Under the pieces are notes generated by a model. The model saw nothing but the letters and a program-made list of their open reading frames with translations. It did not search any database and was not told the origin of the DNA. The translations under genes and the position numbers were made by a program. Below, piece by piece: positions 38,721 through 48,944 of a stretch of DNA of 64,000 nt. The stretch's first letter is position 1; the number at the start of each line of letters is the position of its first letter. Source of the stretch: a virus; IMG/VR virus record IMGVR_UViG_3300020154_000115. One strand, 5' to 3'.

Positions 38721-39411
38721 TTAAAAGTACCTCACTCTCATACTTTAAAATTTCTTCTATGTTGGTTTGTGCCTCATTAAAGGCCTGATTGCAAAATGCA
38801 TCCATTGCAGATCGATGAAGCCCATCAACATATAAACACCGGAATCGAGCATCATCGAGTTCCTCTTTTGGAATCTCGTTTTTCTTATAGGCGCGAAGCT
38901 TCAGAACCTTTTCAGCCAGGAGTTGATTTTTCAATGAAAGAACTGCTGGAGTTGAAATCGTTGTGTCGCTATGCTGAATAACATTTGCGTTTCCAATGAT
39001 TTCAGGCAGAGATCTGACAACCCATTCTCCTAAGACCATCTCTTTCACGAAAGGTTCTGATGGGTTTTCTATATCGTAAACAACGTCACCATCTTCATAG
39101 GTAATCTGATCATCATAAAAAGTCAAAGCAAATACAGTATAATCTATTATACCATTTACGGCTCTTGACATTGCGATCGTAAAGGTTGCGACAGAAGCGG
39201 GGTTGTATGCCTGGACTGACGCGGTTACATTACCCGCAAGTAGTTTATGCACGGCATAAACTAACAATGCAATCGTGCTCCGCTCAGGATTAGGAGATCC
39301 GAAGCCTCCTTCATTCTCCTCCGCATCGTAATCACCTGTTGATTCACGAACCTCTAAGTAAACTTCAGTTCCAAGAGCATTTTGTGAAGGTTTTGATTTT
39401 AGAATTAACAT
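38713..39411 (-). CDS. Virion structural protein
   Basis: STGDYDAEENEGGFGSPNP motif; start of tail operon. Confidence 0.55.
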   Translation of the reverse strand: MLILKSKPSQNALGTEVYLEVRESTGDYDAEENEGGFGSPNPERSTIALLVYAVHKLLAGNVTASVQAYNPASVATFTIAMSRAVNGIIDYTVFALTFYDDQITYEDGDVVYDIENPSEPFVKEMVLGEWVVRSLPEIIGNANVIQHSDTTISTPAVLSLKNQLLAEKVLKLRAYKKNEIPKEELDDARFRCLYVDGLHRSAMDAFCNQAFNEAQTNIEEILKYESEVLLNE

Positions 39412-39430
39412 TTATGAAGATTGTTTACTG

Positions 39431-39466
39431 AAAAAATAAAAGGCCGACCATCCAAAGTAGTCGGCC
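39431..39466 (-). terminator. Intrinsic terminator after capsid operon
   Basis: GGCCGAC/GTCGGCC stem with a T-rich tail on the minus strand. Confidence 0.6.
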
Positions 39467-39498
39467 CTGGCTTGCTGCATTTCAAAGAGCAAAAAGCA

Positions 39499-40407
39499 CT
39501 AAACTATTTCTTCGTACCGAAACTCTTCGGAGTGCCTTTTTCTAAGTTCAGCAAAGTGTTGTGATCCTTCTCTTGTAATGAGAAAACTCATTAAGAACTT
39601 ACGAGGATCATCACCCGGTTCGACTTTTACAATATTTACCTTACCTGGTTTCCCGGCATTACGCATCCATACCCACGTCCTTATATCTTCGTGATCAGAG
39701 AATAAAATCCATTGATGCTGTATAGCATAGTCAATTATTACTCGAGCTTGCTGCTCCTCAGATCCGGAGAATAAAAGGATTAATTCAGGATGAGTTTGTG
39801 AGAAAGGCTGAAGGAAGTTTCTCAACAATCCACCTCTTAAATTTGTAGGTATGCTGAGATCCGGTTTCTTCAACGCATTCAGGCGATAAGCAAGGGTTGA
39901 CAATTCATTATCGTCGGCAGATAATAGGTGTCCTCCTGCATGAATTTTATACTCAAAAGAATTTTTCGCAACCATGAGATCGCGCTTCTCATCTACTTCG
40001 TAGAAGATAACAGGCTTCTTCCTGTTGCGATAAGGATTATCCCGATTCTTGTTGTGTCGCTTTAAATAGATATACAGATCATTTGATTCCGGCGTGCAAA
40101 TAATTATACCGCTTCCATCAAACGTCACATACCCTGGCTCCGGCTGCATTATGGTTTCGCCATTCTGCATCCTGATTGGTTTGAAGTCCTTGATGTTATA
40201 GATCAACTTATTCATGCCCGGGCTTTTCTTATCTAAAGCATCCATGATCCGATCGATACCAGCCAGGGTATAGCCTGGCTTCCGGCATGGTTGTTCTGTG
40301 ATAGGATCGATTGTTCCAAAAATGGCAAGTCGGAACTCTTGCTTCTGGTCACCTTCCAATGGTTTAACCTGGAGGCCTTCAGATAAAATGTCGTTTATGC
40401 TATTCAT
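39499..40407 (-). CDS. Conserved protein downstream of major capsid gene
   Basis: 302 aa; YIYLKRHNKN..FYEVDE motif; position after MCP. Confidence 0.55.
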   Translation of the reverse strand: MNSINDILSEGLQVKPLEGDQKQEFRLAIFGTIDPITEQPCRKPGYTLAGIDRIMDALDKKSPGMNKLIYNIKDFKPIRMQNGETIMQPEPGYVTFDGSGIIICTPESNDLYIYLKRHNKNRDNPYRNRKKPVIFYEVDEKRDLMVAKNSFEYKIHAGGHLLSADDNELSTLAYRLNALKKPDLSIPTNLRGGLLRNFLQPFSQTHPELILLFSGSEEQQARVIIDYAIQHQWILFSDHEDIRTWVWMRNAGKPGKVNIVKVEPGDDPRKFLMSFLITREGSQHFAELRKRHSEEFRYEEIV

Positions 40408-40471
40408 TTTCGCTTTGCTTTGTTGTTGTAAGGAAAGAATGAAAGGGCCGAAGCCCTTTCAAACATTTATA

Positions 40472-41869
40472 TTAGGCTGCTTGCCACAGTAAGAACTTAT
40501 GACGGCAGCGGATTTCAAGACCTACATAACGCAGGAAGTGAACTCCTTTTTTGGCTTGATCGTTTGTTGCGCCCTGGCCAGCAAATGCACCAGTTTCCCA
40601 CATGAAGTAATCATCCTTGATGATGTTGGAGTTGGATGCAAACGCATTCAACGGAGGAGTTACTTGCATGATGTATGGAACCTGTGAAGGTGATCCGGCA
40701 GCTAAATCAGGATTAGCGTCTCTTGTATATCCAGCAGGGATAAAGATTCCCATGTGGCGGAACGGCATGCCTTCAGCTCCAAGCGTATCCTTATGAGAAA
40801 GGATATCCCACTTCTGGTTATAGAATTCATATTCACCAACAGAATAGGATTTGAAGTTCAGCTTGATAGCCTGTTCAGATCCACCTGAAAACGGTGTGAA
40901 TGAAATATTACCAGTACCTCCCTTAGCGAATTCAACTAAGAAATCCTTGAGTGCCAACTGAAGGTTATGACCTTCACCAATAAAATACTTGTTTTCACCG
41001 TAAGAGTTATCCAGGTGAAGCATTACTTCATCAAAGGCAGCTCCATCAGGCTTACCAAAGTATTCCAGCTCAGCGCCACCAGAACGAATCTGAGGAATCA
41101 GACCATGAGTCGTTTGAACAACGCTACCATTCTTGTTGGTCAACCCGCTAGATTGGTTAGAAACCAAAAGCGCTAATTGAGTTTGTAACTCAAATCGGTT
41201 TGCTGTTGCCTGAATGCCTCTATACCACAGATATTTTTTACCTGGTACCGGTTCGAACCATGCCTGGTTGTACATCTCCTCATCCGTTACTTCAAAGAAC
41301 TCACGGATGATGTGAAGCTTATTGGTGAGTTTGGTGTATTGTTCAACGCGGCTTTCAGTTTGGCCACTTCCTTCCGGCTGACCATTGGAAAAGAACACCA
41401 TGTTTGTACCAACTACACCTACCGATGCGATATCCTGAGATGGATCTGTTTTCTTTACAGTGATAACATGGGCACCTGGAGTTCTGACAATGGTTTCCAC
41501 ATAACCAGTGGTTTTTCCATCTACAAACATTACCAGCTGACCCTCTACAACAAATGATGTTGCGCCTGCTCCACCAATATCTCCGTGTGCATCTGCAGAA
41601 AGAGTGATATCGAATTTTGCACCGTTAGCAGCAATCGCTGAGATCTTCGCGGTTCCGGCCATGTACTGACCTTCTTCGTAGAAGCTGTAAGAAGAGCGTT
41701 TCGTTTTTCTGGTGGCCATACGGCCTTCCATTTTCTTCAGCCAGTTGAGTGACTGAGGGGTTGGAACTTTCATGGAGAGGTCTTGTGCAACCTCGGTCTC
41801 ATAAAGGTCCAACGGGTTGAGGAGTGCATAAGTTTGATTACTCTGCACCGCGCCCAATATTTGATCCAT
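40472..41869 (-). CDS. Major capsid protein (HK97 fold with insertion domain)
   Basis: 465 aa; PEGSGQ..TNKLHIIREFFEVT..RFELQTQLALL..THGLIPQI; follows the scaffold gene. Confidence 0.85.
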   Translation of the reverse strand: MDQILGAVQSNQTYALLNPLDLYETEVAQDLSMKVPTPQSLNWLKKMEGRMATRKTKRSSYSFYEEGQYMAGTAKISAIAANGAKFDITLSADAHGDIGGAGATSFVVEGQLVMFVDGKTTGYVETIVRTPGAHVITVKKTDPSQDIASVGVVGTNMVFFSNGQPEGSGQTESRVEQYTKLTNKLHIIREFFEVTDEEMYNQAWFEPVPGKKYLWYRGIQATANRFELQTQLALLVSNQSSGLTNKNGSVVQTTHGLIPQIRSGGAELEYFGKPDGAAFDEVMLHLDNSYGENKYFIGEGHNLQLALKDFLVEFAKGGTGNISFTPFSGGSEQAIKLNFKSYSVGEYEFYNQKWDILSHKDTLGAEGMPFRHMGIFIPAGYTRDANPDLAAGSPSQVPYIMQVTPPLNAFASNSNIIKDDYFMWETGAFAGQGATNDQAKKGVHFLRYVGLEIRCRHKFLLWQAA

Positions 41870-41918
41870 TGTTGTTACCCTACAATTTGGTTAATTAAGA
41901 TTAACCTGGACTTTTGCT

Positions 41919-43139
41919 TTACATGCCCGCTGTTTGAAAGACTGATTTCGCCATCTCATTCATAGGATTGACCGCTTTTGCCGGAGGCGCTGGAGGCGCT
42001 GGATTAGGATCAGTCGGTGTGGAAGGATTGCGATGAGTCTTGATCATTTTGGCTAGCATATCTTCCCGCCCTTGTTTATACGCAGAGTTCGCGAGCTCGT
42101 CCAGGAGTTCAATTCTCGTTGCGAAGTCTGCAAACTTCTGATGATCAATTTTTCCGCTTGCGTCCATGATTCCACGTTCTGTAAGCTTTGTGTCCCACCA
42201 CTCCATGGGTGAAGAAACAAGCTCAACAACTTTAGGTAGTTGGTTTGCGGCATTGAGCACGTAGTTGACCTTTCCGGAGACTTTCTCTCCATCTGAATCC
42301 TGGGCGGATAAGTTCAGTGAGACTCCTTGAAAGGTTGCAAGCTGTGTCTGAACGAAGTTCCGGTATTCGGCATTCTCTCTGGCTATCTGTTCAGGAGACT
42401 TGTACCCACCCTGGGCACTGTTAAAGTTCTCTTGAATTTTAGCTAATTGTGTACGTGCCGAATTGGTTTCCAGCTTTTCTTGGATTTTTTGATATTCGCT
42501 AGGGGGATTTTCCTGATCATTCGGATCCCCAAACTTCTGACGATCACTTTCCATGAACAAAGTCCTTATCTCATCCTGAGATAATCCTGACGATGTTATT
42601 TCCGGTTTCATCTTAAAAGCTTCGAATCGAAGTTGCTGGCCTTGCAACTGTTCAAGATTTAAGCTTTGGACGCGCATGACGTGCATGGCGGCATCCAGTG
42701 GTAAACCATCAATCTGATTCGCTAATTCGAATAGCTTTTTCGCTTTATCCGATTTGAATGTAGACTGATTCTGGAGTTCGATCAGCTGTTGCTGAAGTTT
42801 ATCTTGATTGGCCAAATAGGCCTGAAATTCGTCTTGGGTCTTAATCCTTCCTCCGGATATTGCCGCGAAGTCAACCATTGGTGGAGCCGGGTCAGGAGTA
42901 GGTGGAGTTGCAGGATCCACAGGCGGGTTCGCTGGCGGTACTGAATCTGATGATGGAGGAACCGCCGGTACTGGTGGCGTTCCTGGAGCAGGAGCAGCTG
43001 GTGACGTCACTGGCTCAGCGGGAGGTGTCGCCGGTGGTACCGCAGGATCCACGGGCGGAGTCGTCGTTGACGTTATCTCTTTGCCGTGAATGATATCCTT
43101 GAGCTGATCGGCGCTTAAGTTTGATAGGTTTGGATCCAT
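41919..43139 (-). CDS. Capsid scaffolding protein candidate
   Basis: Pro/Ala-rich N-region, coiled coil, AYKQGRED near C-end; directly upstream of MCP; start MDPNL chosen. Confidence 0.7.
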   Translation of the reverse strand: MDPNLSNLSADQLKDIIHGKEITSTTTPPVDPAVPPATPPAEPVTSPAAPAPGTPPVPAVPPSSDSVPPANPPVDPATPPTPDPAPPMVDFAAISGGRIKTQDEFQAYLANQDKLQQQLIELQNQSTFKSDKAKKLFELANQIDGLPLDAAMHVMRVQSLNLEQLQGQQLRFEAFKMKPEITSSGLSQDEIRTLFMESDRQKFGDPNDQENPPSEYQKIQEKLETNSARTQLAKIQENFNSAQGGYKSPEQIARENAEYRNFVQTQLATFQGVSLNLSAQDSDGEKVSGKVNYVLNAANQLPKVVELVSSPMEWWDTKLTERGIMDASGKIDHQKFADFATRIELLDELANSAYKQGREDMLAKMIKTHRNPSTPTDPNPAPPAPPAKAVNPMNEMAKSVFQTAGM

Positions 43140-43270
43140 AATTTTTTGCTTTGACTTTGTAAAGGGAAATTTCAAGATCTGAACATCTTGACCATTGATT
43201 CGCCTGTTAAATTATCCAACAGGTTTTTCGTCTCAAAATGAAAAAAGTCTAATCGCGGGAATTTGAAAAA

Positions 43271-43298
43271 AATCGAAGGTTTTCGACAGTAAAAAGTA
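43271..43298 (-). promoter_or_regulatory. Operator-like motif plus TACTTTT box oriented toward scaffold/capsid operon
   Basis: Plus strand AATCGAA-GGTT-TTCGACA (43271-43288); minus strand TACTTTTT at 43298-43291. Confidence 0.5.
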
Positions 43299-43663
43299 TA
43301 GACAATACCTTTTTTACTTAGGGAAACAACCTTTATAAGAGGTTCTCTTCCTAGAGGTCATGACCATTGCCTACTATCAAGCCGGATAAGTCTCCCCTCA
43401 GAGCAAAAATCGCTTGACGATTCACCATCGACGGCCGGAAATTGTTGTTGTTCCCGTATGACCAAGTTGACAAGGTGGGTCAGAGCTTGGATTTTTTGGC
43501 CGCTTTCGTAGGATAGTGCTAGTTTTTATACGCCGAGTCATACATCTAACCACAGTGTCAGATTATCCCGTCTACATTCAAATTTGAAGAAGTACGCGAG
43601 GCGTAACAGGTTTTTAAGGAGCTAAAATATTTGACGAAATCAACCCCTTCTAACTGTTAACTG

Positions 43664-43709
43664 TTGGCAATTAAATAATAATTATTACTTTTGTCAAGAC
43701 TTTTCGACA
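43664..43709 (+). promoter_or_regulatory. Bacteroidota-type promoter overlapped by the operator-like motif
   Basis: TTG (43664) - 19 nt - TACTTTTG (43686-43693, matches TAnnTTTG); TGTCAAG-ACTT-TTCGACA (43692-43709). Confidence 0.6.
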
Positions 43710-43742
43710 GGCCACTTCCAGCCTTTCGTAACTGTTAACTAC

Positions 43743-43768
43743 CAAAAGGGCTTTTCGGAGCCCTTTTG
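43743..43768. terminator. Bidirectional intrinsic terminator
   Basis: CAAAAGGGCT-TTTCGG-AGCCCTTTTG, UUCG-type loop. Confidence 0.8.
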
Positions 43769-43824
43769 TGTTTCTAAAATTTTCTACAGTACTTTATGTC
43801 AAATTAAACTGTGGGATCTCACAA

Positions 43825-44379
43825 ATGGGACGTCTTATCGCATTAACCGCGAAATCAAGAAATGGCCAGAACTTCGCTAAACCAAGAGTGGTTTACGTGC
43901 AAGAAGATGCTATTTCGATTACCCCCGGAAGCAAAACCGGAAAGGGTACTAAGGTCGTAGAAAAACTTGATGGCCGTGAAACGACCTACATAGTCTACGA
44001 ACTTGCTATGCAAATTGAAGCACAAAGAAATCCGAGCTCTTCGGACGTTCTGGTGAAACAGCACCTTGCTCTCGGTTTAACAGGAGCTGGCACTACTCAG
44101 GCCGCTGGTACCGCCTTAACAAAGTACTTCAATGAGACAACAACAATTGGTGCCGCAGCAACAGAAGCTTTTAGATTTCCTGCTGCAACGGTCGGAAAAG
44201 TAATGGTTGTTGTTAACAATGATGCAGCTGGAGATGCGGCGAAAGTTTTTCCTGCCGATGATGAGTTTATCAACAACCAGGCTGTTGATACTGTTTACAG
44301 CATCTCTGGTGGAAATCGGGTTCACTTCGTTTGTCTTGAAGCTGGCAAATGGACTGTTGCTGACGATTTTGGTAAGTAA
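43825..44379 (+). CDS. Lone reverse-oriented virion decoration/fibre-like protein
   Basis: GAGTTQAAGTAL..PAATVG..VFPA..FINN..W domain common in phage structural proteins; start MGRLI. Confidence 0.65.
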   Translation: MGRLIALTAKSRNGQNFAKPRVVYVQEDAISITPGSKTGKGTKVVEKLDGRETTYIVYELAMQIEAQRNPSSSDVLVKQHLALGLTGAGTTQAAGTALTKYFNETTTIGAAATEAFRFPAATVGKVMVVVNNDAAGDAAKVFPADDEFINNQAVDTVYSISGGNRVHFVCLEAGKWTVADDFGK

Positions 44380-44397
44380 TTTAAGTTTTCCATAACG

Positions 44398-44433
44398 AAA
44401 AAACCCTGGACATCATCCAGGGTTTTCTTTTTT
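44398..44433. terminator. Bidirectional intrinsic terminator between convergent genes
   Basis: AAAACCCTGGA-CATCA-TCCAGGGTTTT with A and T tracts on either side. Confidence 0.85.
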
Positions 44434-46021
44434 ACCAGCCCTTACTTCGGATTGCATCAGCAATTATTTCTGTCAATCGCATTACTCCAAGATTATTGGG
44501 ATGCAATCCATCTAAAGTCATTGAGCGAGGGATCCATCCGTTGGCGATATCGCTAAGATCATTTTCACTTCCATCACCGAATGATTGCATTTTTGTTAAC
44601 GTGGCCACATAGTTATCAGGGTATTCTGCTAGGAGCCCTGCGTTAATGGCCAGGTAATTGTCATAGTAGGTACTATCAACCTCATTACCTTCAACTCCGT
44701 TCGGGAATGATTGAATGTACAACCACTTAACCGGATCAGTTGTCAAATGCGCAACCATGTCATTTATCGCTGTGATCGCGCCTTCTAAAGTTTCATCACC
44801 ATTAAGTCCACCATCAAGAATAACCAACAGCTTACCGTAATGTTCTGGCGTACCATCAAATCGCGTTGCTTCTTGTGATAATGATGATCCGCTTACACCA
44901 TCAAAACTGTAATCCCGCGGTCGATGCCCTTTAACCGGCAACCACATTGACAGTGTATTCGGTCCTTCAACAAAACTATCTCCGATGATATGCACCCCAT
45001 CAGAAGGTTCCCATATTTCAATTTTTGTCACATAACCAACACGAATATTTGTTAACCTGTTTGAAGGAGGACTCGATGTCGTTATCGGTAATCTTTCATA
45101 AAGATCGGTCGGAATTGCCAATGCACCTCCTGATACTTCAACCCCAGTTCTGTCATGAACAGTTCCATCAAAGAGAGTGTACTTAATGTCATACGTGCCA
45201 TCTGCAATAGCAATTGTTACAGCATCCGCATCACGCGAAGCTGCTCCGGACGTAGCGACGATGGGAGATGTAGCAAACCCACCTACTTCGTATTGAAAAT
45301 GGTGGACAATGATTGATGTACCTACTGCTGGAGTATTGAAATTCGGACGTAACCGCGTACGTCTACGACCTGTGGTTGTTGGAGTTCCCTGAATAACAAA
45401 TAGCCATAGCCGACCACCGTTCGGACCTTCTCCAAGGAAGATTGCATTGGTTAACTCATTCGAAGCGCTTCCAGTATTAACGGTTAGAGTCGGAGTATCG
45501 AGGTGCATATTGGATGCAGTAAAACTTAGCACTGCGGCACTTCCGGCATCGGTATCCTCAACCTGCATGAAGAAAGATCCGGTGGTTGCCGTGGTCTCCA
45601 CGATTGCCCAAAGACACTCTAACTGAGACGCAAAATTACCATAGACACTTCCGGGAGAAGAAAGTATCCCAGTGCTTCCATTACTTACATATTCCCAGGC
45701 ATCCAAGCCAGGAATAATTGATTCCCTCAGGGTTACAGTAGGTAGGTTTGATTTTTGCCAAAGGGCATCCTCCAAGTTTGAAGGATAATTAATGTTGGTT
45801 CTCGCTGGTTCAAACAATGCCCCCCTATCGGTCCGTCGTAATCCACTTAAAATACTCGAAAATGTATTGTCAGCTTGTTGAGCCAAACCTGTAGCAGCTT
45901 CTGAATCTTCAACCGTCACAGGTATCCCAGTTTGAAGATTAAGTGATAGTAGTGCTGATGGAAGATCTGACACCATCACAACTCTTCTTTGAGACCTGCT
46001 CCTTGATCGTTTTGATATCAT
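44432..46021 (-). CDS. Head spike/fibre protein with SGNH hydrolase domain
   Basis: ARTN..QYEVGGFATSPI..SRDAD spike-fibre-type module; IGDSF, GVSG, GGLNGD, DGLHP blocks. Confidence 0.75.
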   Translation of the reverse strand: MISKRSRSRSQRRVVMVSDLPSALLSLNLQTGIPVTVEDSEAATGLAQQADNTFSSILSGLRRTDRGALFEPARTNINYPSNLEDALWQKSNLPTVTLRESIIPGLDAWEYVSNGSTGILSSPGSVYGNFASQLECLWAIVETTATTGSFFMQVEDTDAGSAAVLSFTASNMHLDTPTLTVNTGSASNELTNAIFLGEGPNGGRLWLFVIQGTPTTTGRRRTRLRPNFNTPAVGTSIIVHHFQYEVGGFATSPIVATSGAASRDADAVTIAIADGTYDIKYTLFDGTVHDRTGVEVSGGALAIPTDLYERLPITTSSPPSNRLTNIRVGYVTKIEIWEPSDGVHIIGDSFVEGPNTLSMWLPVKGHRPRDYSFDGVSGSSLSQEATRFDGTPEHYGKLLVILDGGLNGDETLEGAITAINDMVAHLTTDPVKWLYIQSFPNGVEGNEVDSTYYDNYLAINAGLLAEYPDNYVATLTKMQSFGDGSENDLSDIANGWIPRSMTLDGLHPNNLGVMRLTEIIADAIRSKGW

Positions 46022-46518
46022 CTATTTGTATAAGATAAATTTGCCCTTACCGGTTGACGAACTACAGTGATATTCCCAGCTGATATCCGGATTTTCTTGA
46101 AAGGAAAAGGGTAGTAAACACCCGCGATAAATTCGGTAGCAATGAATGCGGCCGTATCAACGTTTTGATTATCCACTTCAAGCTCCGCGATCGTAAGAGG
46201 AACCTCGTCGCAGTAAAAACCAAACCCTTCCAGGTGAGCGGTTAAAAGTAAATCACCGGTATCAGTTTCATCAAACGTACCCTCAATTTGAATTACGCTT
46301 GAGCTGACAATCTTTTTAATCCGATGAATGCCGGCATAATCTCCATCAGCGATGTATACACATTGTCCTTTCTTCAACGCATGTCCTGCCGCGGTTATAT
46401 TCAATAAGCCATCTCCTCCACTGGCAACAGCGGTAAAGGCTATGGTTCTTTGATTAGTTCCAATTGGAGCAATCCCATGATTGGAAGCCAAGACATCCGG
46501 ATTGGTGTTGTTGTTCAT
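46018..46518 (-). CDS. Small structural protein
   Basis: ITAAGHALKKGQ beta-rich domain; coupled to portal gene. Confidence 0.55.
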   Translation of the reverse strand: MNNNTNPDVLASNHGIAPIGTNQRTIAFTAVASGGDGLLNITAAGHALKKGQCVYIADGDYAGIHRIKKIVSSSVIQIEGTFDETDTGDLLLTAHLEGFGFYCDEVPLTIAELEVDNQNVDTAAFIATEFIAGVYYPFPFKKIRISAGNITVVRQPVRANLSYTNR

Positions 46519-48944
46519 TATCTTTTAGGGTTAGATGACATTTTTGATTTTGCCTTGTTGGCCAGGGATTGTTTCTGAAGATCGAATCTGCCTTTAAGTA
46601 GATCACGGGAATAATCATGCATGTAGTTCTTTTCTTCAAAGGTTAACGCATGGCCATTTTTCATTTTCTCCAATAGGACAGTGTGAAGGAACTTCTTATC
46701 CTCTTCACTCATTTTCAGCTGGTGAGACGTTACGAGTTTTTGCTGATCAGCCTGGATCTTCATCTTCAACTCCTGAGCTTTCATTTGACCTGCCGCGGCT
46801 GCATCCTCCTGGTTTTTCTGAGATTGGTAATCCATGTTCTCATAAGTGGATTGCTGCACCTGACGCATTTTCTCTCTGCGTTTCATCTTCAGGTAATGGA
46901 TGGCTCTGTAAGGGTTCTCCTCAAGCTCAACATAAACAGCATCTTCCGGATCCAGTTCCTGACGCTCAATGGCGATCTGTATAGCAAGGCTGATTCGTTC
47001 ACGGATAAGATCATCCGGACCTTCTTCAACCAGAATACCAATGTCTCTCAGGTTAAGGTCCCGGTTCAGATTAAAGAATTGCATGGTTTCCATTCCAAGC
47101 ATCTCCATCATACCAGGCAATACCCCTTGATCAAATGCATCAGGGATAAGATCCACAACCATCCTGCAAGCGCGCTCATACATGAATTTATAGGCACGAT
47201 GCATGTGAGAGATGTTTACCTCAGCGGCTCCAAAGGTCATTTCAGCTACGGACTTACCAAGACGTTCAGGAGGCGCCTGGCCTTCGACAAGTTCGTTAAT
47301 GCCCATCATATTTCTGATCAGGTCAAGCATTTGAATCATCACATTGAAGTGCTCCAACGCACCAGGTGATAACCCATTTTTCAATTCCTGTATAGGGAGA
47401 TACGGCAACGGCCTTCCCTCATTATCGTATCCATCAAAGACGATGGATCCAGTTTCCGCATACATCTGCAGGAGCTTTTTCCAGTCAACTGATTTTCCGG
47501 CCTGACCGGCCTTTGATCCTGCCTTGATCAGCGCGTTCCGTTCAATAGCAAGACCTGGAGGTTTTGATGTTGATAAATGCGATTGGAATTGCAACCAGTT
47601 CAGCTGGAAGATATCAAGTGCATTTTCAACATTACCAAACGGACTCATGAAATCCGTCGTGTATATAATCACCGGCAACTTTGTTTCTGCGATCGACTTT
47701 GAGTATCGAGGCATCGAGGTCATCAATCCATAATCGAATGCGTGCTCCGTGTCAACAACCCAACTGCACTTATAAACATTCTTCACCTGGTTGCGAATGA
47801 TACTCTTAACACCGGCATACATCTTATTGTACTCGACGTCACTCATCCCCTTTCCTTCATTTACACGTTTGTCGCCTTTGAATGGAACATAGTCCCAAGC
47901 TTCATTTTTCACACGTGTATTTCCGGCCTCATTTTTATATTCCACGTAAGTGAAATCATCTACGCTGTACCAGTAACAAGTAAAAACAGTTACCTTCTCG
48001 TGATCATACGCATAACTGTAGGATCCACCATTCCAGTAGTGATCAGCTGGCTTGTTGTACTTTGAAGCTCCACCTTCAGCGATTGTCCGGGCAATGTTTT
48101 TATACTCCTCCTCACCAAACTGCCCCTTTGTGCGTCGCTTCAAATCCGCTACGGTCATCTCCTGGTATACTCCTACACGAATCATATCGCGGAAATCATT
48201 GTAGATACATTTGTTGGCCACAACTCTTTCCGGCATCCAACGTTGCTGCCGGATAACGCCAGCCTCATCAATATAAACGTGAAGACACCCGACTCCTAAA
48301 TCAGCGAAATCTCCTGCTAACTCCTCCCCGATCTGATTCCAATCATTGAGCGCAAAATTGGCGGTGAGGTAATCTTTGATTTCTAAACTGGTCAGATCCC
48401 GGGGGTTCATGTCCATGTAGATATCAAGCTCCTGTGGAGTCATGGCCAGCTGCTCTTCAGTTATAGCCTGGTCCATTTTGATCTTTGTCAGTTTTTCAAA
48501 CTCCTGGATCTGGTTGTAGTTAGTCCGGTATTCTTCAATCTGAGACTTAAGCTTCCTCCGTTCAGTCATAGCCATGTTGTCAATCGTTCTCACACGAGTG
48601 CTGTAAGGCTTTGATAAAACGCGGTTGATCAGGTTTGATCGAAATTTCGGAGCGACTTTTAGGATTTCGAAGTTCAGGTTCCGGTATGATTTATTTACTT
48701 TCCCGGCTTCCTTTTTCAATCCAACCATTTCCTTGTATTGGTTGGGATCCTGTTGACCACGTGCAAGATTTCGCAGGTGAGTATAGTTCTGGCGATCGCG
48801 GAAAATATAAGTCTGAGTCGGGTTCGTCCTGCATTCAGAAACAAACGCTTTCGCGTGTGCCATGCAGTGCTGTTTTCCCTTTTTGACTTCCGGATCAATA
48901 AAATGACTTGGGTACCCCAAGACATTCTTTTCTAGGTCCTTCAT
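46518..48944 (-). CDS. Portal protein
   Basis: 808 aa directly after terminase; LKVAPKF..GINELVEG..YDIGI-like segment, helical C-terminal barrel. Confidence 0.85.
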   Translation of the reverse strand: MKDLEKNVLGYPSHFIDPEVKKGKQHCMAHAKAFVSECRTNPTQTYIFRDRQNYTHLRNLARGQQDPNQYKEMVGLKKEAGKVNKSYRNLNFEILKVAPKFRSNLINRVLSKPYSTRVRTIDNMAMTERRKLKSQIEEYRTNYNQIQEFEKLTKIKMDQAITEEQLAMTPQELDIYMDMNPRDLTSLEIKDYLTANFALNDWNQIGEELAGDFADLGVGCLHVYIDEAGVIRQQRWMPERVVANKCIYNDFRDMIRVGVYQEMTVADLKRRTKGQFGEEEYKNIARTIAEGGASKYNKPADHYWNGGSYSYAYDHEKVTVFTCYWYSVDDFTYVEYKNEAGNTRVKNEAWDYVPFKGDKRVNEGKGMSDVEYNKMYAGVKSIIRNQVKNVYKCSWVVDTEHAFDYGLMTSMPRYSKSIAETKLPVIIYTTDFMSPFGNVENALDIFQLNWLQFQSHLSTSKPPGLAIERNALIKAGSKAGQAGKSVDWKKLLQMYAETGSIVFDGYDNEGRPLPYLPIQELKNGLSPGALEHFNVMIQMLDLIRNMMGINELVEGQAPPERLGKSVAEMTFGAAEVNISHMHRAYKFMYERACRMVVDLIPDAFDQGVLPGMMEMLGMETMQFFNLNRDLNLRDIGILVEEGPDDLIRERISLAIQIAIERQELDPEDAVYVELEENPYRAIHYLKMKRREKMRQVQQSTYENMDYQSQKNQEDAAAAGQMKAQELKMKIQADQQKLVTSHQLKMSEEDKKFLHTVLLEKMKNGHALTFEEKNYMHDYSRDLLKGRFDLQKQSLANKAKSKMSSNPKR

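Noticed and set aside
27214-39411. Diversity-generating retroelement or shufflon acting on tail genes
   Set aside because: No reverse transcriptase or invertase gene and no near-identical TR/VR or inverted crossover repeats noticed.
43740-44433. Invertible cassette explaining the reversed gene
   Set aside because: The flanks are unrelated terminator hairpins, not a matching inverted-repeat pair, and no recombinase is nearby.
46683-47369. 228-aa plus-strand ORF
   Set aside because: Entirely antisense to the portal gene with no recognisable motif; treated as a shadow ORF like the other short antisense ORFs in the track.
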